From Candidatus Kapaibacterium sp. (GTDB lineage: Bacteria; Bacteroidota; Ignavibacteria; Kapaibacteriales; UBA7675), in contig JANQRB010000031.1 in NCBI GenBank assembly GCA_028284775.1, positions 3,360 through 67,359 on the forward strand: 64,000 bases of DNA. The letters run 5' to 3'. The first letter of the stretch is position 1. Each line of letters begins with the position of its first letter. The notes beneath the pieces were generated by a model. The model was not told where the DNA came from and did no database searches. It was given only the letters and a program-made list of their open reading frames with translations. Shown one piece after another: positions 28,637 through 39,011 of the stretch. The translations under genes were made by a program, and so were the position numbers.

Positions 28637-29212
28637 CTATGAGTCATTTGCCGAACTCTCAAAAAGCCGACGAAGCCAGTCATTAACAACACAGTCCGCC
28701 ACGATATGCACCCGATACTGGCTGCTGTTGTTCGTGACGCGATGCGGCAGGTTGACGTTCAGATACCAGGTTTCGCCTTCCCGCAACGGTACTCGCTCTC
28801 CGTCGAGATAAAATTCCACGGCGGGATTTGTCTGCACCGGTACGTGAAGGCGAACTTCACCATCTTCGAGCCCAAGCGAGTGATCCCGATGTTCTTTTAT
28901 GACGGAGCCGGGCGCCAGACGCAACAAGCGCACCGAGAGCAAGGGACACTTAAAGGCTGCGAGTACGTCGCGGAAATTGGGACTGGTCTGAAGGACATCG
29001 GTGTCTGCCCACTCCTTTGTTCCCGGGTTAGCAAACAGACTCTGCACAGGATGCACGGCATCCGCCGGGCCCCGCAAGGCAATTCCGCTCCAATCGCCGC
29101 TGTAATTGACTTTAACGAAGTGGGCAATCCAGCTATCGGCAGCTATACGCTCCAGGTCTTTACGAAGAGCCTGCGGATTAAAGGTCAATGGAAGTTTAAG
29201 ACTCTTGATCAT
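28637..29212 (-). CDS. Aspartyl/asparaginyl beta-hydroxylase family 2OG-Fe(II) oxygenase
   Basis: VRLLRLAPGSVIKEHRD, RLHVPVQTNP, LPHRVTNNS...RVHIVAD; start MIKSLKLP at 29212. Confidence 0.9.
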   Translation of the reverse strand: MIKSLKLPLTFNPQALRKDLERIAADSWIAHFVKVNYSGDWSGIALRGPADAVHPVQSLFANPGTKEWADTDVLQTSPNFRDVLAAFKCPLLSVRLLRLAPGSVIKEHRDHSLGLEDGEVRLHVPVQTNPAVEFYLDGERVPLREGETWYLNVNLPHRVTNNSSQYRVHIVADCVVNDWLRRLFESSANDS

Positions 29213-29443
29213 AGTTTTTTTGGTGAAAGTTGCGGCACTTGAGATGCAATACAGCAAGAGCAGCCTTGCCACGATACTCAAGTATCCATATTCAACAACT
29301 GAACGCGGACAATCTGATTTGAGTACAATCCAGTCTGAACGCGATTATGACACACTCTGCTCGCGAGGCTCTTTGATCTAATTGCGCCGAATGTTGATTC
29401 GACTCCATCGCTAGACATCGCCATTTGAATTTTCTCCTGTCGG

Positions 29444-30049
29444 CTATTTTTCATCCACCTGAAGAAAGCGCAAACCATAGCGCCTCGCAATCGCGCTTAC
29501 CTGGCTGCGATCCAGCGGCTCGTCTTTCGGCAGCTGATCGATTTCATCAAAAAAGTGTTCGAATCCACCCGGAGTTATAGTGTTCATCAAGACACCCGGT
29601 GTCTGTCCGATATTTCGGAATCTGTGCGGTATGCCGCGCGGCAGATGCAGCAGGGCGCCCTTCGTTGCCACGAATCGTTCTTCGCCGCAAGTGAATTCGT
29701 ACTTGCCTTCAACGACATAAAACAGCTCGTCTTCATTCTCGTGGACGTGAAGCGGCGGGCCGCCATCCGGGGGCGTCGTACTCATCACTACCGCGTACGA
29801 GCCATTGGTTTGCTCACTCATGACTTTGCCGACGATTGTCAATCCGAAGATGTTCCAGGTCTTGCCGGCGCTGGAATCAACGAAGACGGCAATTGAGTCA
29901 TGCCCGGCAGCGGACTTCTCGCTAAGGTGTTCCGGCGTGGTCTTGTCGTTTGAATCGAGACAGCCGAGTACCACAAGCGAAGAGAGGAGCGATGCAATGA
30001 TTCTGCGACCAGCGAGCATAGTACCCTTAAACAAGTTGTGAATGTTCAT
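29444..30049 (-). CDS. Cupin-domain protein (quercetin dioxygenase-like), possible lipoprotein
   Basis: GPPLHVHENEDELFYVVEG...PRGIPHRFRN; VVLGC lipobox-like; ATGA overlap with the upstream gene. Confidence 0.88.
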   Translation of the reverse strand: MNIHNLFKGTMLAGRRIIASLLSSLVVLGCLDSNDKTTPEHLSEKSAAGHDSIAVFVDSSAGKTWNIFGLTIVGKVMSEQTNGSYAVVMSTTPPDGGPPLHVHENEDELFYVVEGKYEFTCGEERFVATKGALLHLPRGIPHRFRNIGQTPGVLMNTITPGGFEHFFDEIDQLPKDEPLDRSQVSAIARRYGLRFLQVDEK

Positions 30050-30765
30050 TGCGCCAGCGCACCGGTATTCGGCGATGAGTCCGACGCCTCCCGACCTGCT
30101 TCGGCACTCTTGCGAGCCCAGAACAAGGCCGCGCAGCCCACAACCCGGACATTGCTGTCATGGAACCGTCGGGCCAGCTCGTTTCGCAGATCTTCCAGCG
30201 AATCGCTTTCATTGCCGAAAATTCCTTTGCCGTTGTAGATCTTCATAAGGCGCTTTGCCACAGCGTTTCGTTGTACGCCGCCCTGAAGTAAGGTACTGCC
30301 GAAGACAATCCCGCCGGGATTGAGGTAACGATCGATATGATCGAACACAATGGCCTTGGCGCGGATATCCCCGGGCATACAATGCAGCAGGTAATTTACG
30401 CCGACCGAATCGAAGTGTTTTTCTTCAAAGGCAAAGTCTTCCAGGACATTGCGGCGGTAGCTAACGGGCTGATAACGGCTGATTCGCTGCGTCGTGGCTT
30501 CCAGACTGTTGGCGTTGAGATCGACCAGGACGACTCTGGGCTGCGCCGGGAAACGACAGCGATCCAGAAAATACCCGGTACCCACGCCCAGGTCGAGGTG
30601 GTTGGCGGACACCCGCTGATTATACAGTTCGAGCAGCAATGGTGTCGGGCAGCGCCAGATAAGACGATTCGAAAGGCCCAGTACCAGCAAATCGTATATG
30701 GCCAGTGTCGTCTTCGAGTAGACGGCCTGACCGGCCAGAACTTCGGATTCTTTCGCCTGAGTCAT
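30046..30765 (-). CDS. Class I SAM-dependent methyltransferase
   Basis: HLDLGVGTGYFL, VLVDLN, FDSVGVNYLLHCMPG. Confidence 0.9.
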   Translation of the reverse strand: MTQAKESEVLAGQAVYSKTTLAIYDLLVLGLSNRLIWRCPTPLLLELYNQRVSANHLDLGVGTGYFLDRCRFPAQPRVVLVDLNANSLEATTQRISRYQPVSYRRNVLEDFAFEEKHFDSVGVNYLLHCMPGDIRAKAIVFDHIDRYLNPGGIVFGSTLLQGGVQRNAVAKRLMKIYNGKGIFGNESDSLEDLRNELARRFHDSNVRVVGCAALFWARKSAEAGREASDSSPNTGALAQ

Positions 30766-31019
30766 TCGTTAACCTCCTGCCGGCGCACAAGCATTTTCGG
30801 CTGTCCTGAGTAAAAACGCTCTTCACACAGCAACATCGTGTAATATTCCGGCCTCGGACGATATCCGGATCGATGCGCTCACTGTTCGCTCTATTCCCTT
30901 CTGCTGAAGATGCCCGGGCTTTCGATGTTTAAAATCTGCGCAGATACTTCCCTCTGGCCTTAGAACTTAGCGATCCTTCGCTTAGGCTGCGGGAGATTCA
31001 GGAGACCTCTGCCCTTCCA

Positions 31020-31334
31020 CTAACGCGTGGGGTTAAAGGTAACGTAGATTGCGCTGATCTTGTCGTCCTGCAGCTTTATTAATTCACCGCAGCAAAAAGT
31101 CTCACTGCCGTAAACGATGTAAGCCGCTTTCGTATCGTATACGGCATGCTGAATATCAAAGCTGTTAAACTGCTCCGCGTATCGCCAGCAGGTTTCGATA
31201 AAATCATCGGCATTGTCGAAATTGTCTTGCGGACTGCGAAAGGTCAGCTTGTCGGCCAATAGGGCGCGAGCGCCACTGCGGTCATTGGTCACCCAGCAGC
31301 GATAATAACTCTTGATTGTTTCCTCGGGAGTCAC
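31020..31334 (-). CDS. SnoaL/NTF2-like protein
   Basis: ALLADKLTFRSPQ...DDKISAIYVTF. Confidence 0.8.
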   Translation of the reverse strand: MTPEETIKSYYRCWVTNDRSGARALLADKLTFRSPQDNFDNADDFIETCWRYAEQFNSFDIQHAVYDTKAAYIVYGSETFCCGELIKLQDDKISAIYVTFNPTR

Positions 31335-31432
31335 GTGCGATCCTCCGGCTTAGTATTGGTTAAACAAAGTCAAGCCTGTCGTTCATTCGAATTTGCGGTC
31401 AATAGCGCTTATTCAAATTAGTTGTTTTTAAG

Positions 31433-31544
31433 CCTCCTCATTTTTGAAAGAGGGGCCAGAGGACTTAAGCAGTCCTTAAATATCCATAACCCCTCCTCGT
31501 TCGGCGCTCAGTCCGCGCCTCACCCATTTAGCTTAAGAGGAAGA
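31433..31544. repeat. Dispersed ~110-bp palindromic (REP/MITE-like) intergenic element, copy 1
   Basis: Colinear with 55990-56100; 23-mer gttcggcgctcagtccgcgcctc (31499-31521) is 22/23 identical to 56054-56076. Confidence 0.75.
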
Positions 31545-31590
31545 AAGTAGACAAACAACTAATGTGAAAGAACAACAGCTTGTACAGGCT

Positions 31591-32103
31591 TCACATTTTC
31601 TGAAAATTCCGTTGCAGACGCGTAATCTCCGCAAGATGGTGATCATCGTGTTCGGCGACAAAAAAGACGAGGTCCAGCAGACGCATTGGCTGTTCGAGCC
31701 GCGGGTGCAATGCACTACGCTCGACCCAGGAAGCATCGAGATCGTCCAGACGATGCAGAAATGCTCCGCGAGCTGCACGCAAACTTCTCAGAATGTCGCC
31801 GATATCGGCGCTGTTGTGATCAGCCTCGTGTGTAGCCCGATTTGTAAGATCGGCCGGTCGCAGTCGCTCGCTGCCGGCAAGGATATCATCGAGACGTCCG
31901 CTCCAGAGAGGCTCCAGATCCAGCAGGTGACCGACATTCTCCTGTACCGACCAATTGCCGGCCTGCCGCCTGCTGAGATCTTCCGGGGGTACGCTGCGCA
32001 CAAGCTCTTCCAGCCGGGCCGGTGTGCCGCGCAGACGTTCCAAGACATTGGGGTACATCCAGGCGGGCTGGTCAAAGGCAAAGGAGCGGTCGAACCATTT
32101 CAT
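31591..32103 (-). CDS. DinB family protein
   Basis: WSVQENVGHLLDLE...FVAEHDDHH (DinB His triad). Confidence 0.9.
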   Translation of the reverse strand: MKWFDRSFAFDQPAWMYPNVLERLRGTPARLEELVRSVPPEDLSRRQAGNWSVQENVGHLLDLEPLWSGRLDDILAGSERLRPADLTNRATHEADHNSADIGDILRSLRAARGAFLHRLDDLDASWVERSALHPRLEQPMRLLDLVFFVAEHDDHHLAEITRLQRNFQKM

Positions 32104-32304
32104 TTGATGGATCCTTCTTGAGTTTTGTCAGATGAAAACACATTGATCGCAACATATCGGACAGTCCATATCGTGGAAGTCCCGAAGATAAGCAAAGACC
32201 GTCAGATAGCGATGGCCGGGTCTGAGAAAGCGCCTGGACATCGACCCGGCTACCCTAACTCGGTTCATCTGACCCGCGCTAGGCCACCGGCAGCCGAGAG
32301 AATC

Positions 32305-32778
32305 TCAGCCGAGCTTTCGTAGTTTGCCCCAATCCCACTGGCCATAGACGACCTCCTGCGAAGGCTTGTGACCGGCAATACGCATAGCCACCATTGCCAG
32401 TGCGCGGTGATGCGCTTCGTGGGCTACGAGGTAGGCGAGGAAACTGGCCGGGGACCCCTTCCAATTACTGACCTTGCCCTCAGCTTCCGCCTGTCCCAGC
32501 ATCTCGGCTATCAGCTCTGCCGATGCCTGCAGCGCCTCCCGCAGCTCACTGCTGGACGGCTGCGCGCCTTTGGCGAAACTTGCCACATCTTTCGGCGACT
32601 TGCGTGACATGACGCCCAGCCAGCGCATTCGTACATTGTGGATATGGGCAAACTGCGCGGCAACACTGCGCGTACGGCCGGCATAACGATCCGCAAGGTA
32701 TTCTTCCGCTGTCTGCGCCAAGAGATAGAGGTTGGCTTCATTGCTCATATGCCAGGCTTCGACAAGTTGGGAGTTCAT
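32305..32778 (-). CDS. DinB family protein
   Basis: QFAHIHNVR...YLVAHEAHHR. Confidence 0.88.
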   Translation of the reverse strand: MNSQLVEAWHMSNEANLYLLAQTAEEYLADRYAGRTRSVAAQFAHIHNVRMRWLGVMSRKSPKDVASFAKGAQPSSSELREALQASAELIAEMLGQAEAEGKVSNWKGSPASFLAYLVAHEAHHRALAMVAMRIAGHKPSQEVVYGQWDWGKLRKLG

Positions 32779-33094
32779 AGGTCATCAGGAGAGATTGGTT
32801 TGACAAAAATCGGGCTTGTAAGGAAACTGACGGCAGTTCGCAGCGTTCAAAAGCGCCCGGCCCAGGGCAGGACTGACTGAACGCAGCGATGTATGGCTGC
32901 CTCTGCAGTGCTTCAGAAGTTTTGCAAATATCTTTCGTTCGCGGGACAAAGTAACCGCGAGCAGGCTATCAATCGAAAAAAATACATCCCTGCCGGACGA
33001 AATCTCCGGCAGGGACAGTTCAGGCCTTAGCAAGAAGCGAGAGCTGATGGCGAATGCGGTATTGAGTGAATGCGAGCTATATCGCTGAGCTATT

Positions 33095-33349
33095 TTAGGA
33101 TTGCTTTTGCTTGCCGCGATGTCTGTGTCTCCGAATTTTTTCTTCATCGTAAGTGCCGATAATATTTGCCCGCATGTATTGCCCTTTTGACTCGGCGTCG
33201 AGCAAACAAAGGTATTCAGCCTTCGGCACCTTAAGATATCGCCAGAGCTGACCAGTGGTGAAAACGACTTCCAATACCCTCTCACGCTCGCGATAGCCGA
33301 CTGCGTAAATCATACTTGATTCGACAGTAAGCAATTTCATATCCGACAC
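33095..33349 (-). CDS. KTSC domain protein
   Basis: VESSMIYAVGY...LEVVFTTG...YLKVP...AESKGQYMRANI. Confidence 0.9.
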   Translation of the reverse strand: MSDMKLLTVESSMIYAVGYRERERVLEVVFTTGQLWRYLKVPKAEYLCLLDAESKGQYMRANIIGTYDEEKIRRHRHRGKQKQS

Positions 33350-33672
33350 CCTTAAATTGTTTGAAAAAGAGCTGAATCAGCCAAAATTACTAGTAAATCA
33401 GGATACACCAATAATACGTATCTAAGCTCTATTTGTTTCTAATAATTGTTATCAAATCCTTTGTAAAATCAATACCGATACCACGTATCCACATCGTAAT
33501 AACAGCGGCATCAGTATTAAAACCAGAGATTTGTCGCAGGACAAGGTGTTTCGTTTTTTGGCTATATTGCCCCTTCATTACCCCGGCGAACAACATCGAA
33601 TAGTGCGCGGCATCGAGTGCCTGTGCATTAGCCAATTGATTCAATCATCACGTGCGGCCAGGGAGAATGAGG

Positions 33673-34941
33673 ATGTTTGAGAGAGTTGTATTCACAATAT
33701 CCTGTTTTGCACTGATGTCAGGCGTCGGTAGCCCGGCTGTGTGGTCGCAGGGCCTACTTATCGGCATCGAGGCATTCGAAGGACGGCAAACCTGGCAAAA
33801 TCTGACCCGCTTCGAGCAGGCCCAGGATTACATCAAAAACCTTGACTACGACTGGATGCAAAACGACAGTCTGGGACGGAATGCCGGTCGGCTCTGCCGC
33901 TACATCCGGCTGATCAGCGAGGGCCGCGAATCCTTGGCGAGCAACTTTGTGCGCGAGTTCGTCGATACTCTCGACAAAGCCAACTACCGACAGCTCTATC
34001 AATTTCTTGATCTCGAACTGATGGATAACGCCGGTCAGTATCGGGAAGCCGTGAAACGTTATGCGCTGGACTCCAGCCACCGTGTTTTCCAGCTCAGTCA
34101 ATTGCCGGATGAAGAAATCAGCTTCAGCGACAGCGCCATCGGCTCACAACTATACCGCAGCCCCTTCGGTCAGCCGATCGCCGAGGTGCAGATAAACGGT
34201 CGGCGAATCAAGGCCTGGCTGGACACGGGTGCGGAGTTGACCGTTCTATCGCATCGTCTGGCGCGGCAGTGCGGCATAAAAAGCATTGCAAATTCAGAGC
34301 TGACGATCGGCACGACGACATCCATCGAACTAAAGTCCCGGCTTGCCGTGATTGACGAACTGAAACTCGGCGAAGTAATTCTGCGCCATCACCCCGTCAT
34401 ACTACTGGACGAGGACGAGCTCACCTTTGACCTCGATACAATGCAGGTTAAGATGGAGGCAATTGTCGGCTGGCCGGCCATCCGGCAAATCCGCCTCGAG
34501 CTCGACGACCGGAACAATCGCTACCGCGCCAGCAAATCCGAAGCCATCGGCGGCAAAGAACGCAACATGTTCTGGCTGGGCTATCCCGCCGTCAAAGTAA
34601 TGCACCCCGACGGCCAGTCCTTGATTTTCGTACTGGATACCGGCCTCAACGACACGGAGCTGAAGCCGAATATTTATCACAAGCTCAGCTTCGACAACAT
34701 CAGGATGGATTCCGTCAAAGTAGGGGGCGCCGGCGGCTTCGAAACTAAAATGGTTCGCGAGGTAGAAAACGTTAGCCTTGTCGTCAGTGGCCTGCGATTT
34801 GACTTCCGGGAGCTGTCGACCAGCGATATCATCGATCTGGTCTTTATTCATCAGGACGGTACATTGGGCGCCGATTTGTTAAACGATACACGGCTGGTTA
34901 TCGACTATCCGAATCGCCTGTTTGAAGTTTTTGACGATTAA
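33673..34941 (+). CDS. Secreted retropepsin-like aspartyl protease with two DTG domains
   Basis: Signal peptide; WLDTGAE and VLDTGLN; C-terminal GTLGADLL. Confidence 0.88.
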   Translation: MFERVVFTISCFALMSGVGSPAVWSQGLLIGIEAFEGRQTWQNLTRFEQAQDYIKNLDYDWMQNDSLGRNAGRLCRYIRLISEGRESLASNFVREFVDTLDKANYRQLYQFLDLELMDNAGQYREAVKRYALDSSHRVFQLSQLPDEEISFSDSAIGSQLYRSPFGQPIAEVQINGRRIKAWLDTGAELTVLSHRLARQCGIKSIANSELTIGTTTSIELKSRLAVIDELKLGEVILRHHPVILLDEDELTFDLDTMQVKMEAIVGWPAIRQIRLELDDRNNRYRASKSEAIGGKERNMFWLGYPAVKVMHPDGQSLIFVLDTGLNDTELKPNIYHKLSFDNIRMDSVKVGGAGGFETKMVREVENVSLVVSGLRFDFRELSTSDIIDLVFIHQDGTLGADLLNDTRLVIDYPNRLFEVFDD

Positions 34942-34991
34942 ACACATCGAAGCCGCGAAATCCGGCAGTCGTCTGTTGAAAGCATCAGTGC

Positions 34992-35471
34992 TCAGGCGTC
35001 CTCGACAACCCAGACGATGCCGGCGCGGGCATTGTCTACAGCTACGAGACCGTGCTGCAAGGCGTACTCCGGATTGCCCAGACCCATTCCACTATAATAG
35101 CATGAGTCGGCGGCGAAAAAGCGCTCAAAACGCTCAAAGAAATTTCTCGCCTGCTGCGCATCAATTGTGGGCCGACGGCAACCGATGTGTACCCCGCCCG
35201 TCAGAACATCGATAAGCTGCCCTTGTGCCTGCTTTGCATCGATACGGTAGTCGCTGTCCCAGCTACGACCTGTGTTGCACTGTGCCAGAGGCGGCCAGGT
35301 TTCATCGTCGAAATACTCAAACACCTGTTCCAGAATCCGCTCGCGCGCTAAACCGAGCCGCTTTAATTCTGCAATAGAGAGCAGCTCGATTATATAGTAG
35401 CCGCAGAGGCGCGGGTAGGATTCGAGCTCCCGCCTGAATGCGTTAAAGGCCGGGTCATTGACGGGAGTCAT
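34992..35471 (-). CDS. Hypothetical protein
   Basis: Coding-like ORF filling the gap; no family recognised; start MTPVND at 35471. Confidence 0.6.
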   Translation of the reverse strand: MTPVNDPAFNAFRRELESYPRLCGYYIIELLSIAELKRLGLARERILEQVFEYFDDETWPPLAQCNTGRSWDSDYRIDAKQAQGQLIDVLTGGVHIGCRRPTIDAQQARNFFERFERFFAADSCYYSGMGLGNPEYALQHGLVAVDNARAGIVWVVEDA

Positions 35472-35783
35472 GGCTGTGTACCGATAAGAAGTGACAATTT
35501 GCGTGTCGGCTGTCGGCAATCTTTGCCTTGAATGTAAACATGCGGAAAAATAGCACCGCTTTCCATTGACTCCAACACCAAAAAATGCAGGAACATTCGT
35601 TTAACAAACCGGAAGGAAGAGGAGACGGCAAAAACACTCCCAGACTGCTGAGTGCACGCGATGCTCAGGCTCCCTGAGATGGGGCGATGTGTTGTTGTCT
35701 GGCGGCGCGCAACATCACGCCATATTCACCCGTCTACCGACGACAAACTGTGCTTTGCGCCTCTGAGACGAGTTTGAGTAAGA

Positions 35784-36389
35784 ATGAAGAAAACGGACAA
35801 AACACTCGGCGATAATCTTCCAAATGGTTTCAAGCTCATTTGGCATAAGGATCACGTCGAAATTCGTCAATCCTGGCGCAAATGCTGGCATAAGAGGCAC
35901 TTGAGAGCAAATCTCGCCGGCTCGATCATTTTTTCGATTTATGGCTATTTGTTCCTAGACAAAGTACTTCCCTTGCGCATCCTGGAAAGTACGACAGATA
36001 CAGTGTTGTCCTTTGTTGGCTTAGGAGTGGCTTTGAGTGTAGTGCCTTTCTTCCTGTATATCACTTTAGCCAGTCGTCTCAACCAAACGTCAGTTGCCAT
36101 TGGCGAACATGAAATATCAGTCCGGTCATCACCGCTAGCGCTGCCGAGTAAACGAATAGTTCGCCGATCAACATTCAGTAGATTTGAGATTCAGGACCAA
36201 CCAAGCAGGGATATCCGCGCAAAACACAAATACAGCCGGATAGTTGCGATATCAGGCAGTAGTAATACGACGGTCTTGTTCAACTATATTCAAAAGCTTG
36301 AGCAGGCCGAATCGCTGTTGCAATTACTTAACAAATACCAACAGATTTTCACGGATAAGCCGGACAAGGGGTCTCGAGACGCAAAGTAA
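35784..36389 (+). CDS. Hypothetical membrane protein (2 TM)
   Basis: Two hydrophobic helices followed by a soluble beta-rich C-terminus. Confidence 0.6.
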   Translation: MKKTDKTLGDNLPNGFKLIWHKDHVEIRQSWRKCWHKRHLRANLAGSIIFSIYGYLFLDKVLPLRILESTTDTVLSFVGLGVALSVVPFFLYITLASRLNQTSVAIGEHEISVRSSPLALPSKRIVRRSTFSRFEIQDQPSRDIRAKHKYSRIVAISGSSNTTVLFNYIQKLEQAESLLQLLNKYQQIFTDKPDKGSRDAK

Positions 36390-36480
36390 ATTGCCAGCGA
36401 TTCTTTCCGATAGCTCCGGGAGATTTGCAAACTCTAGTTGTGACAACCATTGCTTTCTCTTCATTTCGCTCTGCCTGATA

Positions 36481-37350
36481 CTACTCGCGTCCGATGCCAT
36501 TGACTTCGTTCCGCTTATGGCGGAAATATTCGATCAGGTGATCCAGGTCGGCTTCACTCAGGTCGCGATGATCCGGCATGTGCGTGTAACGATAGTCGGA
36601 AGGCCTTTTGATCAACTCTCTGACCATTTGTTCGGAGCGGTAGGCCAGGATACTCTGAGGCGCGTTCAGATCCGGTCCGATTTTGCCGCCATCCCGATTC
36701 ATGGCGTGGCAGCGAACACAGCGTTGCTTAAACAATTGAAAGCCCGCATAGACCGGTGAATCGACGCTAAGGCCTCGCGGATACACCTGGGGATACTCCT
36801 CGGCAAAGTTTACAATGCTGATCGAGGCGAGCTGCCAGGGCCAGGGGTAGGCATGTTCCGGCGTCTGCCGAGCGCCGGTCCAGACCAGATAAAACGGTCC
36901 GGGCGACGCTTGTTTGCGGCTGATGGGTTCCCAATCTGTAACTTCCAGATCGGCAAAGCACAGATACCCGCCTTCCTCCACGGTCTTCGCGACTTCAGCA
37001 ACGGCTTCATAGCCATCGAGGGCCTGGAAGGCGACATCGGTGAACGACGCCGGCTTCCATTTTTCGGCATAGGCCATCTGCAGTACATCTTGCAGGGCAA
37101 AAGCAAGATAACGCTTGCGTTTGCCGTACATGTGATCGAAAAAGTCGAGGCGATGCGTCGGCAATGCGGCCTTCATTGTCTCCAGGTCCACTCTTCTGAT
37201 CTCTTCGTCGGCAATCCTGAATTGTAAACTCGGATTGGAGGCTTCCGGATTTGCGGGCATTTGCTCTTTGTCGGACTCGGCGCCGCTGCATCCCGAGACA
37301 AGTAAACAAATAGACAATAAAAAGAATCTTTGGCGCATACACTCCTTCAA
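36481..37350 (-). CDS. Lipoprotein with C-terminal monoheme cytochrome c domain
   Basis: LVSGC lipobox; CVRCH heme motif, IGPDL, distal Met in MPDH. Confidence 0.85.
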   Translation of the reverse strand: MKECMRQRFFLLSICLLVSGCSGAESDKEQMPANPEASNPSLQFRIADEEIRRVDLETMKAALPTHRLDFFDHMYGKRKRYLAFALQDVLQMAYAEKWKPASFTDVAFQALDGYEAVAEVAKTVEEGGYLCFADLEVTDWEPISRKQASPGPFYLVWTGARQTPEHAYPWPWQLASISIVNFAEEYPQVYPRGLSVDSPVYAGFQLFKQRCVRCHAMNRDGGKIGPDLNAPQSILAYRSEQMVRELIKRPSDYRYTHMPDHRDLSEADLDHLIEYFRHKRNEVNGIGRE

Positions 37351-37381
37351 CCCGATGACAGATGCAAGGCTGACAAAACGT

Positions 37382-37876
37382 TCAGAGAATACTCTTAAAC
37401 GCCTTCAGCAAATCGTCAGGTCCTAAATTTACATTTTCGATTATCAGATCATACGAATACGTCAAAGCGGCGGATCGCCGGTACACCTCGCGCAGCATTT
37501 CCATGGAGGCCGGCAGATGCTGCGCCTGATCACGCTCCGCAACTCGTTGAAGACAAACTTCCAATGGCGCGTTGACGCGAATGAGACGCTGTTGATAATC
37601 GCTAGCGAGATTGTTCAACAGTCTATCCGTGTCGTCCGAGGCTCCGGTCAGCTCGATGGTAGCCCTGGAATGGTGTGCGAAATGGTTTGCGATGGCATCC
37701 TCTAGCGGGCGATACAAGCAATCGGATTGCAACTGCCCGGCGGGCAGAGCAAGAAACAAAGCCTCTACATTGAAAAAGGGAATCCCGAGCTCGCCTTCCG
37801 CAAGGCGCCCCAGATAGCTCTTGCGAGCCCCTTTGGGGCCGATGAGGACGTAGATGGATTTTCGATTGTGATGCAT
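37382..37876 (-). CDS. P-loop nucleotide-kinase-like (AAA_33/shikimate kinase-like) protein with variant Walker A
   Basis: LIGPKGARKS; APLEVCLQRVAER lid motif. Confidence 0.8.
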   Translation of the reverse strand: MHHNRKSIYVLIGPKGARKSYLGRLAEGELGIPFFNVEALFLALPAGQLQSDCLYRPLEDAIANHFAHHSRATIELTGASDDTDRLLNNLASDYQQRLIRVNAPLEVCLQRVAERDQAQHLPASMEMLREVYRRSAALTYSYDLIIENVNLGPDDLLKAFKSIL

Positions 37877-38153
37877 GGCTTTGATCCGGCAATCTCTTGC
37901 TTGTCGCCAATTTTCAGATGCTAAACTTGCGATCACGACCGGGATTTCCAAACCTGATGTCCCAGCAAGGATGGAAGAAGACCCGGCTTCGTCAATTGCC
38001 GGATGAAAAGACAGCATCGGCAACTCTTAAACAGTGATCAAAGTTGATCGTGTATGTGCTATCCCGCCGCTGCAGGTGTGGCGAGCGCGTGTCTTGTCAA
38101 GATACTCCGAGCTAGTGTCCGCGCCCGACGCAAGCTTGACCGAGTCTTGGCTT

Positions 38154-38504
38154 TCAGTTTGCTCGGGTAAAAGGCTGACTGTCGAAGATAAGCAGTATCC
38201 GGCTGATGCGATCGCTCTCGATGGTAAACAGCTGCGCCATAACTTCGCTGATGTCCGGCTTGCTAAAGCGGTAGATCAGACAAACCTTGTTATCGCGCTC
38301 AAAGGATTCGATGAGTGTAAAGTTGCAGTCTTGCGGGGGCGCCTGCTTTAACGATTCGATATACGCAGCGGCGTTATCGAATCGGTACATGGGACCTTGA
38401 AAAGAAAAGTTGCTGCTAAACAAAGGACCTAATTCGTCCGGATCACGGCCGGCGAAGAAAATCTCCATGTATCGCATAGCCAGATCCAAGGGCTTCGATG
38501 TCAT
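38154..38504 (-). CDS. SnoaL/NTF2-like protein
   Basis: LFSSNFSFQGP...RISRILLIFDS. Confidence 0.82.
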   Translation of the reverse strand: MTSKPLDLAMRYMEIFFAGRDPDELGPLFSSNFSFQGPMYRFDNAAAYIESLKQAPPQDCNFTLIESFERDNKVCLIYRFSKPDISEVMAQLFTIESDRISRILLIFDSQPFTRAN

Positions 38505-38622
38505 TACTTGCCTCCTGCTGTTTTTATGCGGATTGCAGTTCTGACAAGTATACCAATTTGTTGCGGGCGCAGACAGTGCATGTTGTTGTCAGAGCAATGC
38601 GCAATTTAAGCTTAGTCACTAT

Positions 38623-38748
38623 TCAACGCAGGTAACACGCAAATCTTGTAAGCTTGACATCATCTATTTCACGCTGGCTCCCCGAAGCCAACTCGATCAT
38701 TTTGTTGACGCCAACAAATTGGTCCCGGTCGATTCGTTTTCCCTGGTT
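38623..38748 (-). pseudogene. dinD: Remnant of DNA-damage-inducible protein D (DinD)
   Basis: Manual translation DQFVGVNKMIELASGSQREIDDVKLTRFACYLR*, resembling the DinD segment HFxxVNKMIELGSGxxREIDDxMLTRYACYL; in-frame stops on both sides. Confidence 0.65.
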
Positions 38749-39011
38749 TCAGTGTAATTCGCGACTAGCCTGCAAAACAAACAAAGAGGATAGGCAAGAG
38801 CGCACATTTAATTGTTGCGCTGCCGGTAAGGACTGATACCGACGGTTTTGTTGATGTAAACAATATGGTCGACGGCGTTAACTCTGGTGATTCGCACCTG
38901 ATGTTCACCGGCAAATACAGTATCAATTCATTGAAGCTTTCGATAATGCATCACCGGATCGAAATTTGGCTGTGTAAGCTGCGCCTTATCGCGCTGTTCT
39001 ACTGAACAGAC

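Noticed and set aside
28637-29212. Asp beta-hydroxylase as part of a peptide-modification cluster
   Set aside because: No sulfotransferase, PqqD or precursor genes adjacent.
31433-31544. CRISPR repeat
   Set aside because: Copies are about 24 kb apart with no repeat-spacer periodicity and no cas genes.
33429-33644. 71-aa minus-strand ORF in an AT-rich spacer
   Set aside because: No recognisable motif or RBS; could be a remnant but is unsupported.
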